Below, one piece after another: positions 30,237-39,104 of a DNA stretch of 61,845 nucleotides; within the stretch, counting starts at the first letter, position 1; every line of letters begins with the position of its first letter. The notes below the pieces were generated by a model, which saw only the letters and a program-made list of their open reading frames with translations, did no database searches and was not told the origin of the DNA. Both the position numbers and the translations under genes were made by a program. Source of the DNA: Chitinophagaceae bacterium (lineage in GTDB: Bacteria; Bacteroidota; Bacteroidia; Chitinophagales; Chitinophagaceae); the NCBI GenBank assembly GCA_051306075.1, contig JBPPMM010000719.1:1-61845 (forward strand), written 5' to 3'.

Positions 30237-31706
30237 TTATATTTTTATCAATATGGGAAGCAGGAACCAGCAAAAAAGTGTAATTAAAATAATGGCCATA
30301 ATATTTATAAAGAAACCAGCTTTTGTCATTTGGTTCAACCGGATATGACCGCTGGCAAATACAATAGCATTTGGCGGAGTACCCATGGGCAACATGCTGG
30401 CACAGCTGGCTGCCAGGGTCATTGGTATACCCAACAATAACGGGTTCATACCAATTGCATCAGCAAGGGAAGAAACCACAGGTGCAAAAACAATTACCTG
30501 CGCCACATTACTCATTACTTCGCTGAGAAACATAGTAACTATTGTTACTACCAATACGAGTACAAATTGATTGCCTGCAAACCCCGCCAGCCACTGGCCT
30601 AGCTGTTGCATCAACCCGGCATTTTCCAATCCATTGGCCAGTGAAATACCTCCACCGAATAAGATCAGGATTCCCCAGGCCATCTTCTTTGTATCATCCC
30701 ATTCCAATATGGAATCACGTTTTTCTCCTTCGGCAGGACAAATAAATAAAGCCAGAGCACCCATTATTGCAATAATCGTATCATTAAGTTTCATTACCGC
30801 TTGAGCCGAATTAATTATGTCCTTGGTGATCCACAATAGGGCAGTAGAAATAAAGATAACAAGTACTCTTTTTTCATTGACTGATACCGGGCCCAATTTG
30901 TCCAGTTCACCTTTTATTAATTGTTTGGTAGCAAGATCAGATTTGATACGATTCGGAAACAGCCATTTTACCATCACCCAATATAAACCGATCAATAAAA
31001 GCAAAGCCAGGGGCGTACAGATCAGCATCCAGTTTAAAAAATCCACATTATAGTGATACTTTTTTTCGATATAGGCCACATAGGCTACATTGGGCGGAGT
31101 GCCGATTATGGTAGCTATGCCGCCTATGTTGGCTGCATAGGCAATAGCAAGCATGATGGTGAGTGAAAAATTCCCTATGTTCCCGATACCTTTATTATTC
31201 TCCTTCATCACATGAATAACCGATACGGCAATGGGAAACATCATCATGGTTGTCGCCGTATTACTCAGCCACATACTAAGCAATCCCGAAGCCAGTATAA
31301 ACCCCAGTACGATCCTGTCTCCGCTTGTGCCGGTGAGCCGGATAATATTCAGAGCTATCCGCCTGTGCAAATTCCATTTTTCAATTGCCAGTCCCAGCAT
31401 AAACCCTCCCATAAACAAGAATATAACCGGGTTGGCATAAGGAGCGGCCGTTTCTTCCATGGAAGCAATTTTCCAAAGCGGAAAAAGGATCAATGGCAAT
31501 AAAGCAACCACTGGCATTGCCAGCGCTTCTGTTACCCACCAGGTTATCATCAAACCCGCAACTGCTAAAACCTTACTGGCATTTGCATCAACACCGAATG
31601 GATTAAAAAAATATAGAAAAGAAGCAACTGCTACGCCGGCAAATAAAGAAAGGAATTTTATTTTTTGGAGAGAAATCTTAAACAAGCTGTCAGTTTTGTT
31701 AGTCAA
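30237..31706 (-). CDS. SLC13/DASS family sodium-coupled anion symporter
   Basis: SNTAT and GTPPN motifs (twice); highly hydrophobic. Confidence 0.92.
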   Translation of the reverse strand: MTNKTDSLFKISLQKIKFLSLFAGVAVASFLYFFNPFGVDANASKVLAVAGLMITWWVTEALAMPVVALLPLILFPLWKIASMEETAAPYANPVIFLFMGGFMLGLAIEKWNLHRRIALNIIRLTGTSGDRIVLGFILASGLLSMWLSNTATTMMMFPIAVSVIHVMKENNKGIGNIGNFSLTIMLAIAYAANIGGIATIIGTPPNVAYVAYIEKKYHYNVDFLNWMLICTPLALLLLIGLYWVMVKWLFPNRIKSDLATKQLIKGELDKLGPVSVNEKRVLVIFISTALLWITKDIINSAQAVMKLNDTIIAIMGALALFICPAEGEKRDSILEWDDTKKMAWGILILFGGGISLANGLENAGLMQQLGQWLAGFAGNQFVLVLVVTIVTMFLSEVMSNVAQVIVFAPVVSSLADAIGMNPLLLGIPMTLAASCASMLPMGTPPNAIVFASGHIRLNQMTKAGFFINIMAIILITLFCWFLLPILIKI

Positions 31707-31805
31707 GATACATCTTAGCTGTCAAAAAAATAATGCTGTAATAAATTCTTTATGTGAAGAGGCTGCTAACATATATAATATAGTGGGATGATGATGCTTG
31801 ATAAA

Positions 31806-32420
31806 CTATTTTATCTTTCCGCTAACAAAGGGATTTCCTTTTATATAAAATCGATAGGGTAGCAAAGCATCATTTCCGGCATAATCCACTCCAATTCTTG
31901 GTGATGAAAAAATCTCTTTCCTGGTATAACTAAATCCGTCATCAGCCAGGAAAATACTTTTGCCCGTTAATAATGTACCACTGTCTGATGTATGAATACC
32001 CAACGCTTTGGATACATTTCCCGGTCCCCTTGTCAATGAATTATCCATTTGTAATTTCCCTGTTCTGCGAAGCATAGTAGCTATTCCTTTTACTGGTTCC
32101 AGCGATCGGATCAGGATAGCGTGGGGAATTCCTTCAGCATGAGTAACCACATTAAACAGGTGATGAATACCATAGCAAAGATATACGTAGGCCTTTCCTC
32201 CATCACCATACATCACCTCATTTCGTTTCGTTCTTCTTCCTCCAAATGCATGCGAAGCTTTATCCGGCACACCATTATATGCTTCACATTCTACTATGCG
32301 GCCTGAAACCTCTTTGTCGTCTTTTTGAGTAACCAACAATTTCCCCATGAGCTCCTTTGCTATTTGTAAAACATTATCACGTTGATAAAATGATAATGGA
32401 AGTTTTTTGATTCTTGTCAT
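31806..32420 (-). CDS. DNA-3-methyladenine glycosylase (MPG family)
   Basis: GRIVECEAY, AYVYLCYGIH, AILIR, GPG, PRIGV. Confidence 0.92.
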   Translation of the reverse strand: MTRIKKLPLSFYQRDNVLQIAKELMGKLLVTQKDDKEVSGRIVECEAYNGVPDKASHAFGGRRTKRNEVMYGDGGKAYVYLCYGIHHLFNVVTHAEGIPHAILIRSLEPVKGIATMLRRTGKLQMDNSLTRGPGNVSKALGIHTSDSGTLLTGKSIFLADDGFSYTRKEIFSSPRIGVDYAGNDALLPYRFYIKGNPFVSGKIK

Positions 32421-32516
32421 TCATTAAGTAGTTAAGCGGCCGCCATAATTTTACAACACATATAACACTTACAATTTATCTCTGTCTTTCCTATATTTAC
32501 CATTCAAATTTAAGTC

Positions 32517-33263
32517 TTGCTTAAAGAAATTGTAATAACCATCCAATCCTGGGGAGAAGCACATCGTTTTATATCAGAGCATAAGCTTTGGAAATGGGTG
32601 GTTATTCCGGGGCTTATTTATACTCTTTTATTTATCACAGCCATGTATTTTTTTGGCCGGTCTGCTACGGCTGTCATAGAATACTTCACGCATATCATGC
32701 ACCTTAGTGACTGGATTCAAAAATTTGAAAATAGTTTATTGGGATTTCTCTTTACGTTCACAGGTATTATTCTTTGGATGGTGCTGATACAGTTTTATTT
32801 TTCTTTTTTTAAATATATCTGCCTGATCATCGGTTCACCTGCATTTGCCTACCTGAGCAGGAAGACAGAATTTATTATTGAAGGCAATGATCATAGCCCC
32901 TCCTGGTCCGAAATAAAATCTGAATGTGCAAGAGGAGCTTTTATCGCAATCAGAAATTGTGGATGGCAAACTATATACCTTCTTGGACTGATGTTGTTAG
33001 CCCTTGTTCCTGTTATAGGATGGATAACACCCCTGATGGTGTTGGGAGTAGAATTTTATTATTATGGATTCTCTATGCTGGATTATGGCCTTGCCAGGAA
33101 CAAGTTTTCTACATCTAAAAGCATTCAATTCATTTCACAGCATAAAGGGTTTGCAATTGGTAACGGCTTTTTATTTTATTTGATGCATGCTGTTATTGTT
33201 TTTGCACCGGCTTATGCAATTATTGCAGGCACATTGACTGCACACAAAGTAAAAAATGTGTAA
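32517..33263 (+). CDS. EI24/CysZ-like membrane protein
   Basis: IGSPAFAYLS, PVIG, YYYGFSMLDY; TM pattern. Confidence 0.75.
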   Translation: MLKEIVITIQSWGEAHRFISEHKLWKWVVIPGLIYTLLFITAMYFFGRSATAVIEYFTHIMHLSDWIQKFENSLLGFLFTFTGIILWMVLIQFYFSFFKYICLIIGSPAFAYLSRKTEFIIEGNDHSPSWSEIKSECARGAFIAIRNCGWQTIYLLGLMLLALVPVIGWITPLMVLGVEFYYYGFSMLDYGLARNKFSTSKSIQFISQHKGFAIGNGFLFYLMHAVIVFAPAYAIIAGTLTAHKVKNV

Positions 33264-33339
33264 TACAACTTCATGAACACAGAATAGTTGTAAGAAGAAG
33301 ACCAGCACTTTTTTGAAAACGAAAGATAAAATTCTGCAT

Positions 33340-34059
33340 ATGCAAAGTGGCCCGGTATATTTGATCCCCTCTCTTTTGGATGAAAACGGCTTGCATACTA
33401 TTCCGCCTTATATAATTGATGCAGTAAGAAATTGCAGGGTATTTTTTGTTGAGAATGAAAGAACGTCAAGGCGGTTTTTAAAACAGTTATGGAAGGAAAT
33501 AGTTATTGATGATTATGAATGGTTCCCTATTCATAAAGCCGAAGCCAGGGCCCTCCAATTTTTTAAACAGAAAATAAAAGAAGGAAAAACCATAGGCATT
33601 ATAAGTGAAGCAGGATGTCCCGGCGTTGCAGATCCCGGCCAGATGCTGGTTGGTGCTGCGCAGGAAATGAATGTTGACGTGATACCCCTGGTTGGTCCCA
33701 ATTCTATATTGCTTGCATTAATGGCCAGCGGAATGAATGGTCAGCAATTTCATTTTTGGGGTTACCTGCCCATTGAAATTTCTCCCCGGATGCAAGCAGT
33801 TAAAGACCTCGAAAATGAATCCAGGAAAAAGAACTGCACCCAAATTTTTATTGAAACTCCATACCGTAATAATCAATTAGCAGAATTAATATTGAAAGCA
33901 GCTCATCCAGCCACCCGACTTTGCATAGCAGTAGATATAACCGGAAAAACAGAATGGATCAAAACAAAAACTATAGCTGACTGGAAAAAAGAAAAAATAG
34001 ATATACATAAAAGACCAGCTATTTTCCTTTTGCTGGCTTCCGCTACTCTCCAGGTTTAA
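33340..34059 (+). CDS. Tetrapyrrole-methylase family SAM-dependent methyltransferase (RsmI-like)
   Basis: ISEAGCPGVADPG, VGPNS, FIETPYRN. Confidence 0.85.
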   Translation: MQSGPVYLIPSLLDENGLHTIPPYIIDAVRNCRVFFVENERTSRRFLKQLWKEIVIDDYEWFPIHKAEARALQFFKQKIKEGKTIGIISEAGCPGVADPGQMLVGAAQEMNVDVIPLVGPNSILLALMASGMNGQQFHFWGYLPIEISPRMQAVKDLENESRKKNCTQIFIETPYRNNQLAELILKAAHPATRLCIAVDITGKTEWIKTKTIADWKKEKIDIHKRPAIFLLLASATLQV

Positions 34060-34115
34060 AATTTCCTCAATTACCAAAAGCCGATTGTAAGCTGAGATAA
34101 TTGCACTTTGAATAA

Positions 34116-34541
34116 TTAATACCTGTTTTCCGGATTTCTCATGGATATGATGCTATCCACAATATATCTTGAATTTCCCCGCCATGGAATAACCCCATTG
34201 TATTCTTTATAATGCAGATCAAAAATTTTCCCGCTGTTTACCTTCAGCACATCAAAAACTTTTTTGTCTTTAACGGAAAATTCAAATTCATTGGATTCTA
34301 TAGCACCTGCAGTCCTGCTTCGTATCCCTTCCTGAATCAGCTTGCCTTCGTAAGTTTTAAATATCTGGCCTTTACGTACCGCGAAATTGAGGTAACCAGA
34401 TTTTACCCCATCACTTGTATACGGAAAATAAAATTTCCAATATATATATCCCGCGAAAATCAATACCAGAATAATAACAAACGTTCGAAAAACTTTTTTC
34501 ACACCTGATGTCTTTCGCCTCCCAGTTTTTAATTCTTCCAT
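34116..34541 (-). CDS. Conserved Bacteroidota hypothetical protein with an N-terminal membrane anchor
   Basis: KG.IFKTYEGKL, FEFSV, PWRG..Y.VDSI pattern; one TM helix. Confidence 0.7.
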   Translation of the reverse strand: MEELKTGRRKTSGVKKVFRTFVIILVLIFAGYIYWKFYFPYTSDGVKSGYLNFAVRKGQIFKTYEGKLIQEGIRSRTAGAIESNEFEFSVKDKKVFDVLKVNSGKIFDLHYKEYNGVIPWRGNSRYIVDSIISMRNPENRY

Positions 34542-34563
34542 AAATAGTATTTATAACAAAAAA

Positions 34564-34597
34564 TTTGGCTCTTAAATGAATATAAATTATACATTTG
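34564..34597 (+). promoter_or_regulatory. Bacteroidota housekeeping promoter of the arg leader/operon
   Basis: TTTG (34564-67), 22-nt spacer, TACATTTG (34590-97). Confidence 0.7.
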
Positions 34598-34625
34598 TGC
34601 CTCAATTTACAATTAGTTTGTAAGC

Positions 34626-34748
34626 GTGAGTAATATTTTGACACATACCAAGCAAATGGCATTTCATGCACCCATCACCAGTGGCGTATATGCAGTGGGT
34701 TATGACCTGTTTACTTTTTGCCGCCCACGACGCCGCCCTGAGTGCTGA
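34626..34748 (+). CDS. Putative Arg-rich leader (attenuator/arrest) peptide of the arg operon
   Basis: GTG 34626 or in-frame ATG 34656 to TGA 34746-48: (MSNILTHTKQ)MAFHAPITSGVYAVGYDLFTFCRPRRRPEC*; all four Arg codons lie in CGC CCA CGA CGC CGC. Confidence 0.7.
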   Translation: MSNILTHTKQMAFHAPITSGVYAVGYDLFTFCRPRRRPEC

Positions 34749-34780
34749 CAGGACGAACCCTTTACCACGGCCCCTGTCAG
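34745..34780 (+). promoter_or_regulatory. Leader RNA hairpin overlapping the leader stop codon
   Basis: CTGACAGG (34745-52) is the exact complement of CCTGTCAG (34773-80); no U-tract follows. Confidence 0.6.
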
Positions 34781-34841
34781 TGAATCCTTCTCCGGAAAAA
34801 TTATCAGGACTGGTCATCCGACACTATTCAATTATTTAAAC

Positions 34842-35555
34842 GTGGACAATCAAGAAATCATCATAAGGGTAGCTACCCAGGATGATAAAAAATATTCAAC
34901 TATCATTACTGATGAAATGGAGTCCTCTGCCAATGCAAGAGGTACAGGTATTGCCAAAAGAAGCCCTGAGTATGTTGAAATGAAAATAGACGAGGGAAAG
35001 GCTGTTATTGCCGTAACGAAACAAGGCACCTGGGTAGGTTTTTGTTATATAGAAACCTGGAGTCATGGAGAATATGTTGCCAACAGTGGTCTCATTGTTT
35101 CACCTGAATTCAGGAAAAGCGGTGTAGCAAAATCTATCAAGCAAAAAATATTTAATCTTTCAAGACAAAAATATCCCGAAGCGAAAATATTTGGGTTGAC
35201 AACCGGTCTCGCTGTTATGAAAATTAATTCGGACCTGGGTTATGAACCCGTTACCTATTCAGAGCTTACCCAGGATGAGGCTTTTTGGGCTGGTTGCAAA
35301 AGCTGTGTCAATTATGATATACTGATGAGCAAAGAACGAAAAATTTGTATGTGCACGGCTATGCTTTTTGATCCTAAAGACCATTATGAACCCGAACAAA
35401 CCAAAGAATATTTCAAAGAAAATGTAAAAGGTTTTGAGCGATTGCTTCGGTTCAAACAATGGAAACTGCTAAAACCTTTCAGGAAAAAGGAAAAAAATAC
35501 AAATAGTGGAAGCAGCAATCTGAAAGCCTTGCTTTATCATTTCTTCCATTTATAA
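34842..35555 (+). CDS. GNAT acyltransferase, putative N-acyl(succinyl/acetyl)glutamate synthase (ArgA role)
   Basis: VSPEFRKSGVAK acyl-CoA motif; first gene of the arg operon, which has no other ArgA/ArgJ. Confidence 0.75.
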   Translation: MDNQEIIIRVATQDDKKYSTIITDEMESSANARGTGIAKRSPEYVEMKIDEGKAVIAVTKQGTWVGFCYIETWSHGEYVANSGLIVSPEFRKSGVAKSIKQKIFNLSRQKYPEAKIFGLTTGLAVMKINSDLGYEPVTYSELTQDEAFWAGCKSCVNYDILMSKERKICMCTAMLFDPKDHYEPEQTKEYFKENVKGFERLLRFKQWKLLKPFRKKEKNTNSGSSNLKALLYHFFHL

Positions 35556-35574
35556 TATAAGATAAATTAATACG

Positions 35575-36786
35575 ATGACTAAAAAGGTTGTACTTGGTTT
35601 TAGCGGAGGTCTGGATACTTCATATTGTGTAAAATACCTGACAGAAGATAAAGGTTACGAGGTTCATAGCATCATTGTAAATACGGGTGGCTTTACTGAA
35701 GAGGAATTAAAGCAGGTAGAAGCTCATGCATATAAATTGGGAGTTACTTCGCATAAATCAGTTAATGCCATAAAAAGTTATTATGACAGCATTATCAAAT
35801 ACCTGGTTTATGGTAACGTACTTAAAAATAACACTTACCCGTTAAGCGTATCTGCCGAAAGGCTTAGCCAGGCACTGCATATTGCTGACTATGCTGAGGA
35901 ATTAAAAGCTGACATAGTAGCTCATGGCAGCACGGGAGCCGGTAATGACCAGGTGAGATTTGATATGATTTTTCATATTATGATCCCTGGCATTGAGATC
36001 CTGACTCCTATCCGCGACCAGAAGCTTAGCCGCGAAGAAGAAATAGAATACCTGAAAGCAAAAGGTGTTGAAATGAATTTTGAAAAGGCCGCATACTCTA
36101 TTAATAAAGGATTATGGGGCACCAGCGTAGGAGGCCGGGAAACTCTTTCAAGTAAAGGCATTTTACCCGAGGAAGCATGGCCCACCCAAATCACAAAAAC
36201 CGGAACAGAGGAAGTGGTGTTGCATTTCGAAAAAGGTGAACTTAAAAAAGTAAATGACCATTCATTTTCCCATCCTTCACTAGCTATTCAGTATTTACAG
36301 GAATTAGCAGGGCCTTATGGTATAGGAAGAGATATTCATGTTGGTGATACCATTATCGGTATAAAAGGAAGAGTAGGTTTTGAAGCCGCTGCGCCGATGG
36401 TAATTCTTAAATCTCATCATGCCCTGGAAAAACATGTGCTTACAAAGTGGCAACTCAATTGGAAGGACCAACTGGCACAATTTTATGGTAACTGGTTACA
36501 CGAAGGACAAATTCTGGATCCGGTGATGAGAGATATAGAAGCTTTATTAGAAAGCAGCCAGCGAACAGTTACAGGTGATGTGTATGTACAATTATTTCCT
36601 CACCGTTTCCAGGTAACTGGAGTTGACAGTAAATATGACCTCATGAATACACGTTTTGGAAAATACGGGGAAATGAATACAGGCTTTACAGGTAATGATG
36701 TAAGAGGATTCACAAGAATTTTCGGCAATCAAACGATGATGTATCATTTGGTAAAAACAGAAGCTACTACGAAAAACGGCCAGTGA
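35575..36786 (+). CDS. argG: Argininosuccinate synthase
   Basis: FSGGLDTS, HGSTGAGNDQVRF. Confidence 0.96.
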   Translation: MTKKVVLGFSGGLDTSYCVKYLTEDKGYEVHSIIVNTGGFTEEELKQVEAHAYKLGVTSHKSVNAIKSYYDSIIKYLVYGNVLKNNTYPLSVSAERLSQALHIADYAEELKADIVAHGSTGAGNDQVRFDMIFHIMIPGIEILTPIRDQKLSREEEIEYLKAKGVEMNFEKAAYSINKGLWGTSVGGRETLSSKGILPEEAWPTQITKTGTEEVVLHFEKGELKKVNDHSFSHPSLAIQYLQELAGPYGIGRDIHVGDTIIGIKGRVGFEAAAPMVILKSHHALEKHVLTKWQLNWKDQLAQFYGNWLHEGQILDPVMRDIEALLESSQRTVTGDVYVQLFPHRFQVTGVDSKYDLMNTRFGKYGEMNTGFTGNDVRGFTRIFGNQTMMYHLVKTEATTKNGQ

Positions 36787-36849
36787 ACTTAAATAAAGCA
36801 AATACACAAAAGAGTTGACTGGTTTTCGAAATTGAATGAGGATGATATT

Positions 36850-37929
36850 ATGAAAAAGGAAGATTCAATAAAAAATAAAATTATTAGTAAATCTTCTTCT
36901 CCGAAGGAGGGAATTCGTTCGCCAACCATTAAAGCAGGTATAATCGGCGGAGCTGGTTATACCGGGGGAGAACTTATTCGCCTGCTGATCAACCATCCTG
37001 ATACAACTGTTTCCCTGATTCATAGCCGTAGTAATGCTGGTAAATTCGTATCTGAAATTCACCAGGACCTGATTGGTGATACAGTCCTCAAATTTTCCAA
37101 TGAGAATAAGCTATTTGAGGAAGGGAAATTAGATGTACTCTTTCTTTGTTTGGGCCATGGAGAATCCAAAAAATTCCTTACCGAAAATAAAGTACATGAA
37201 AAGATAAAAATTATTGATCTCGCTAATGATTTTAGATTAACGCCGGCCTCAAAATTAAAATCACGCAGTTTCGTTTATGGATTACCGGAGCTTAACCGGG
37301 AAAAAATTAAAACAGCAAACAATATTGCTAATCCCGGATGTTTTGCAACAACCATTCAGTTAGGTTTGCTTCCGCTTGCAAAGGAAGGATTGCTGAATGA
37401 AGTATATACCACTGGTATTACAGGATCTACAGGTGCAGGACAATCGCTTTCCGCCACTTCTCATTTTAGCTGGCGGGCAAATAATATACAGGCTTATAAA
37501 ACACTCACTCATCAGCACCTGGGTGAAATTTACCAATCTCTTAATCAATTGCAGAAATCCCACCAGGGAAGCCCTCTTGAAGAAGGAGGAATAAGCTTTG
37601 TACCCTGGCGTGGCGACTTCACAAGAGGAATTTTTGTGAGTTCAACAGTTCATTGTGATATGAGTCGCGAGGAACTGACTAAATTATATACCGGCTTTTA
37701 TTCCGGTCATCCTTTTACACATGTAAGCAAGGATTCTATTTTTTTAAAACAAGTTGTCAACACCAATAAAGCAATTGTACAATTAGAAAAAGTAGGCAGT
37801 AAGTTAGTGGTTCATACAGCACTTGATAATCTACTAAAAGGCGCATCAGGGCATGCGGTACAAAATATGAACCTGATGTTTGGTTTGGAAGAAACAACAG
37901 GTCTTAAATTGAAATCCCCGGGATTTTAA
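36850..37929 (+). CDS. argC: N-acyl-gamma-glutamyl-phosphate reductase
   Basis: GGAGYTG, YGLPE, ANPGCF, DNLLKGASG; start uncertain. Confidence 0.95.
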   Translation: MKKEDSIKNKIISKSSSPKEGIRSPTIKAGIIGGAGYTGGELIRLLINHPDTTVSLIHSRSNAGKFVSEIHQDLIGDTVLKFSNENKLFEEGKLDVLFLCLGHGESKKFLTENKVHEKIKIIDLANDFRLTPASKLKSRSFVYGLPELNREKIKTANNIANPGCFATTIQLGLLPLAKEGLLNEVYTTGITGSTGAGQSLSATSHFSWRANNIQAYKTLTHQHLGEIYQSLNQLQKSHQGSPLEEGGISFVPWRGDFTRGIFVSSTVHCDMSREELTKLYTGFYSGHPFTHVSKDSIFLKQVVNTNKAIVQLEKVGSKLVVHTALDNLLKGASGHAVQNMNLMFGLEETTGLKLKSPGF

Positions 37930-37931
37930 TA

Positions 37932-39104
37932 ATGAAAAAACTGCTGCACTATAATATTTTAAAAAAAGGCAGCCGGGTAGGATTACTGTGCAATCAAACA
38001 GCCTGGCATATTACTACCAAGGAATATTCTTTTGAATCGTTGATAAGGAAAGCTGATCTCAAAAAAATATTTATTCCCGAACACGGATTGTTTGGAGAAT
38101 TACAGGACCAGGAAAAGCTGGATATCACTTCATCCTATCATTTTTTTTCCAGCCAGGTAGAATGGATTTCTTTATATACAACTAATGAAACCTCCCTGGC
38201 AGCCAATGCCGGTCAATTATCGGGAATTGATGTACTGGTCATCGATCTGCAGGATACCGGCAGCCGCTATTATACATTCATTACCACCGTCTGGCTTTTA
38301 TTAAAATCCAATACCATTCATCATCTTGATATAACAATCATTGTATTAGACAAACCCAACCCGGCCGGCCGGCAGGTAGAAGGAACAAGAATGACCAGGG
38401 AGTATGCTTCCTTTATCGGAATTGAAGGATTGCCACACCGGCACGGGCTTACTATCGGGGAACTATGCCGGTATTTTAAAAATAAACTGGAAGCAGACTG
38501 GGAGCTCATTGTATATCCTATAAAGAAAAAGGATTATTACTTCGTTCCGCCCTCACCAAATATTCCATCGGCCCGGGTTTGTAGTTTATACAGCGGGCAG
38601 TGCCTTTGGGAAGGAACCAATATCAGCGAAGGCCGGGGCACTACCCTGCCATTTGAACTAATCGGGGCCCCATTTTTGGATTGGATATTCCGGGAAAAAT
38701 GGAATGATCCCGTGCATCCTGTTTATAACAAACATGTGTACACCAGGCCATTGATATTTATTCCATATTTTCATAAACATGTAAAGGAAGCCTGCAATGG
38801 ATTACACATCATGTTGAATAATAAAAAAAAATATCATTCGCTTTCTCACAGCATAAAACTATTAAAATACATAAAGGAAAAAACGCCGGAATTTGCATGG
38901 AGAGGTGGAAAGTATGAGGCGCTCAATGATAAAAATGCAATTGAATTGCTGGCAGGAGATCAACTGATACTGGATTATTTTGAAAATAGAAATTCATGGA
39001 AAGAATTGAAATCTAAATTCGGGGAAGAAGAAGCCGCCTGGATAAAAGAAGCCACTCCTTTCCTGATCTATAAACCTTCTTTACAACAATTGAAAATAAA
39101 CTAA
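37932..39104 (+). CDS. DUF1343/NamZ-like exo-beta-N-acetylmuramidase family protein, no signal peptide
   Basis: PEHG, DLQDTGSRYYTF, LDKPNP, RHGLTIGEL, PPSPNIP, SEGRGTTLPFE. Confidence 0.85.
   Translation: MKKLLHYNILKKGSRVGLLCNQTAWHITTKEYSFESLIRKADLKKIFIPEHGLFGELQDQEKLDITSSYHFFSSQVEWISLYTTNETSLAANAGQLSGIDVLVIDLQDTGSRYYTFITTVWLLLKSNTIHHLDITIIVLDKPNPAGRQVEGTRMTREYASFIGIEGLPHRHGLTIGELCRYFKNKLEADWELIVYPIKKKDYYFVPPSPNIPSARVCSLYSGQCLWEGTNISEGRGTTLPFELIGAPFLDWIFREKWNDPVHPVYNKHVYTRPLIFIPYFHKHVKEACNGLHIMLNNKKKYHSLSHSIKLLKYIKEKTPEFAWRGGKYEALNDKNAIELLAGDQLILDYFENRNSWKELKSKFGEEEAAWIKEATPFLIYKPSLQQLKIN

Noticed and set aside
34602-34817. 71-aa minus-strand ORF over the arg leader
   Set aside because: TTG start, no motifs, and antisense to the better-supported plus-strand promoter and leader.
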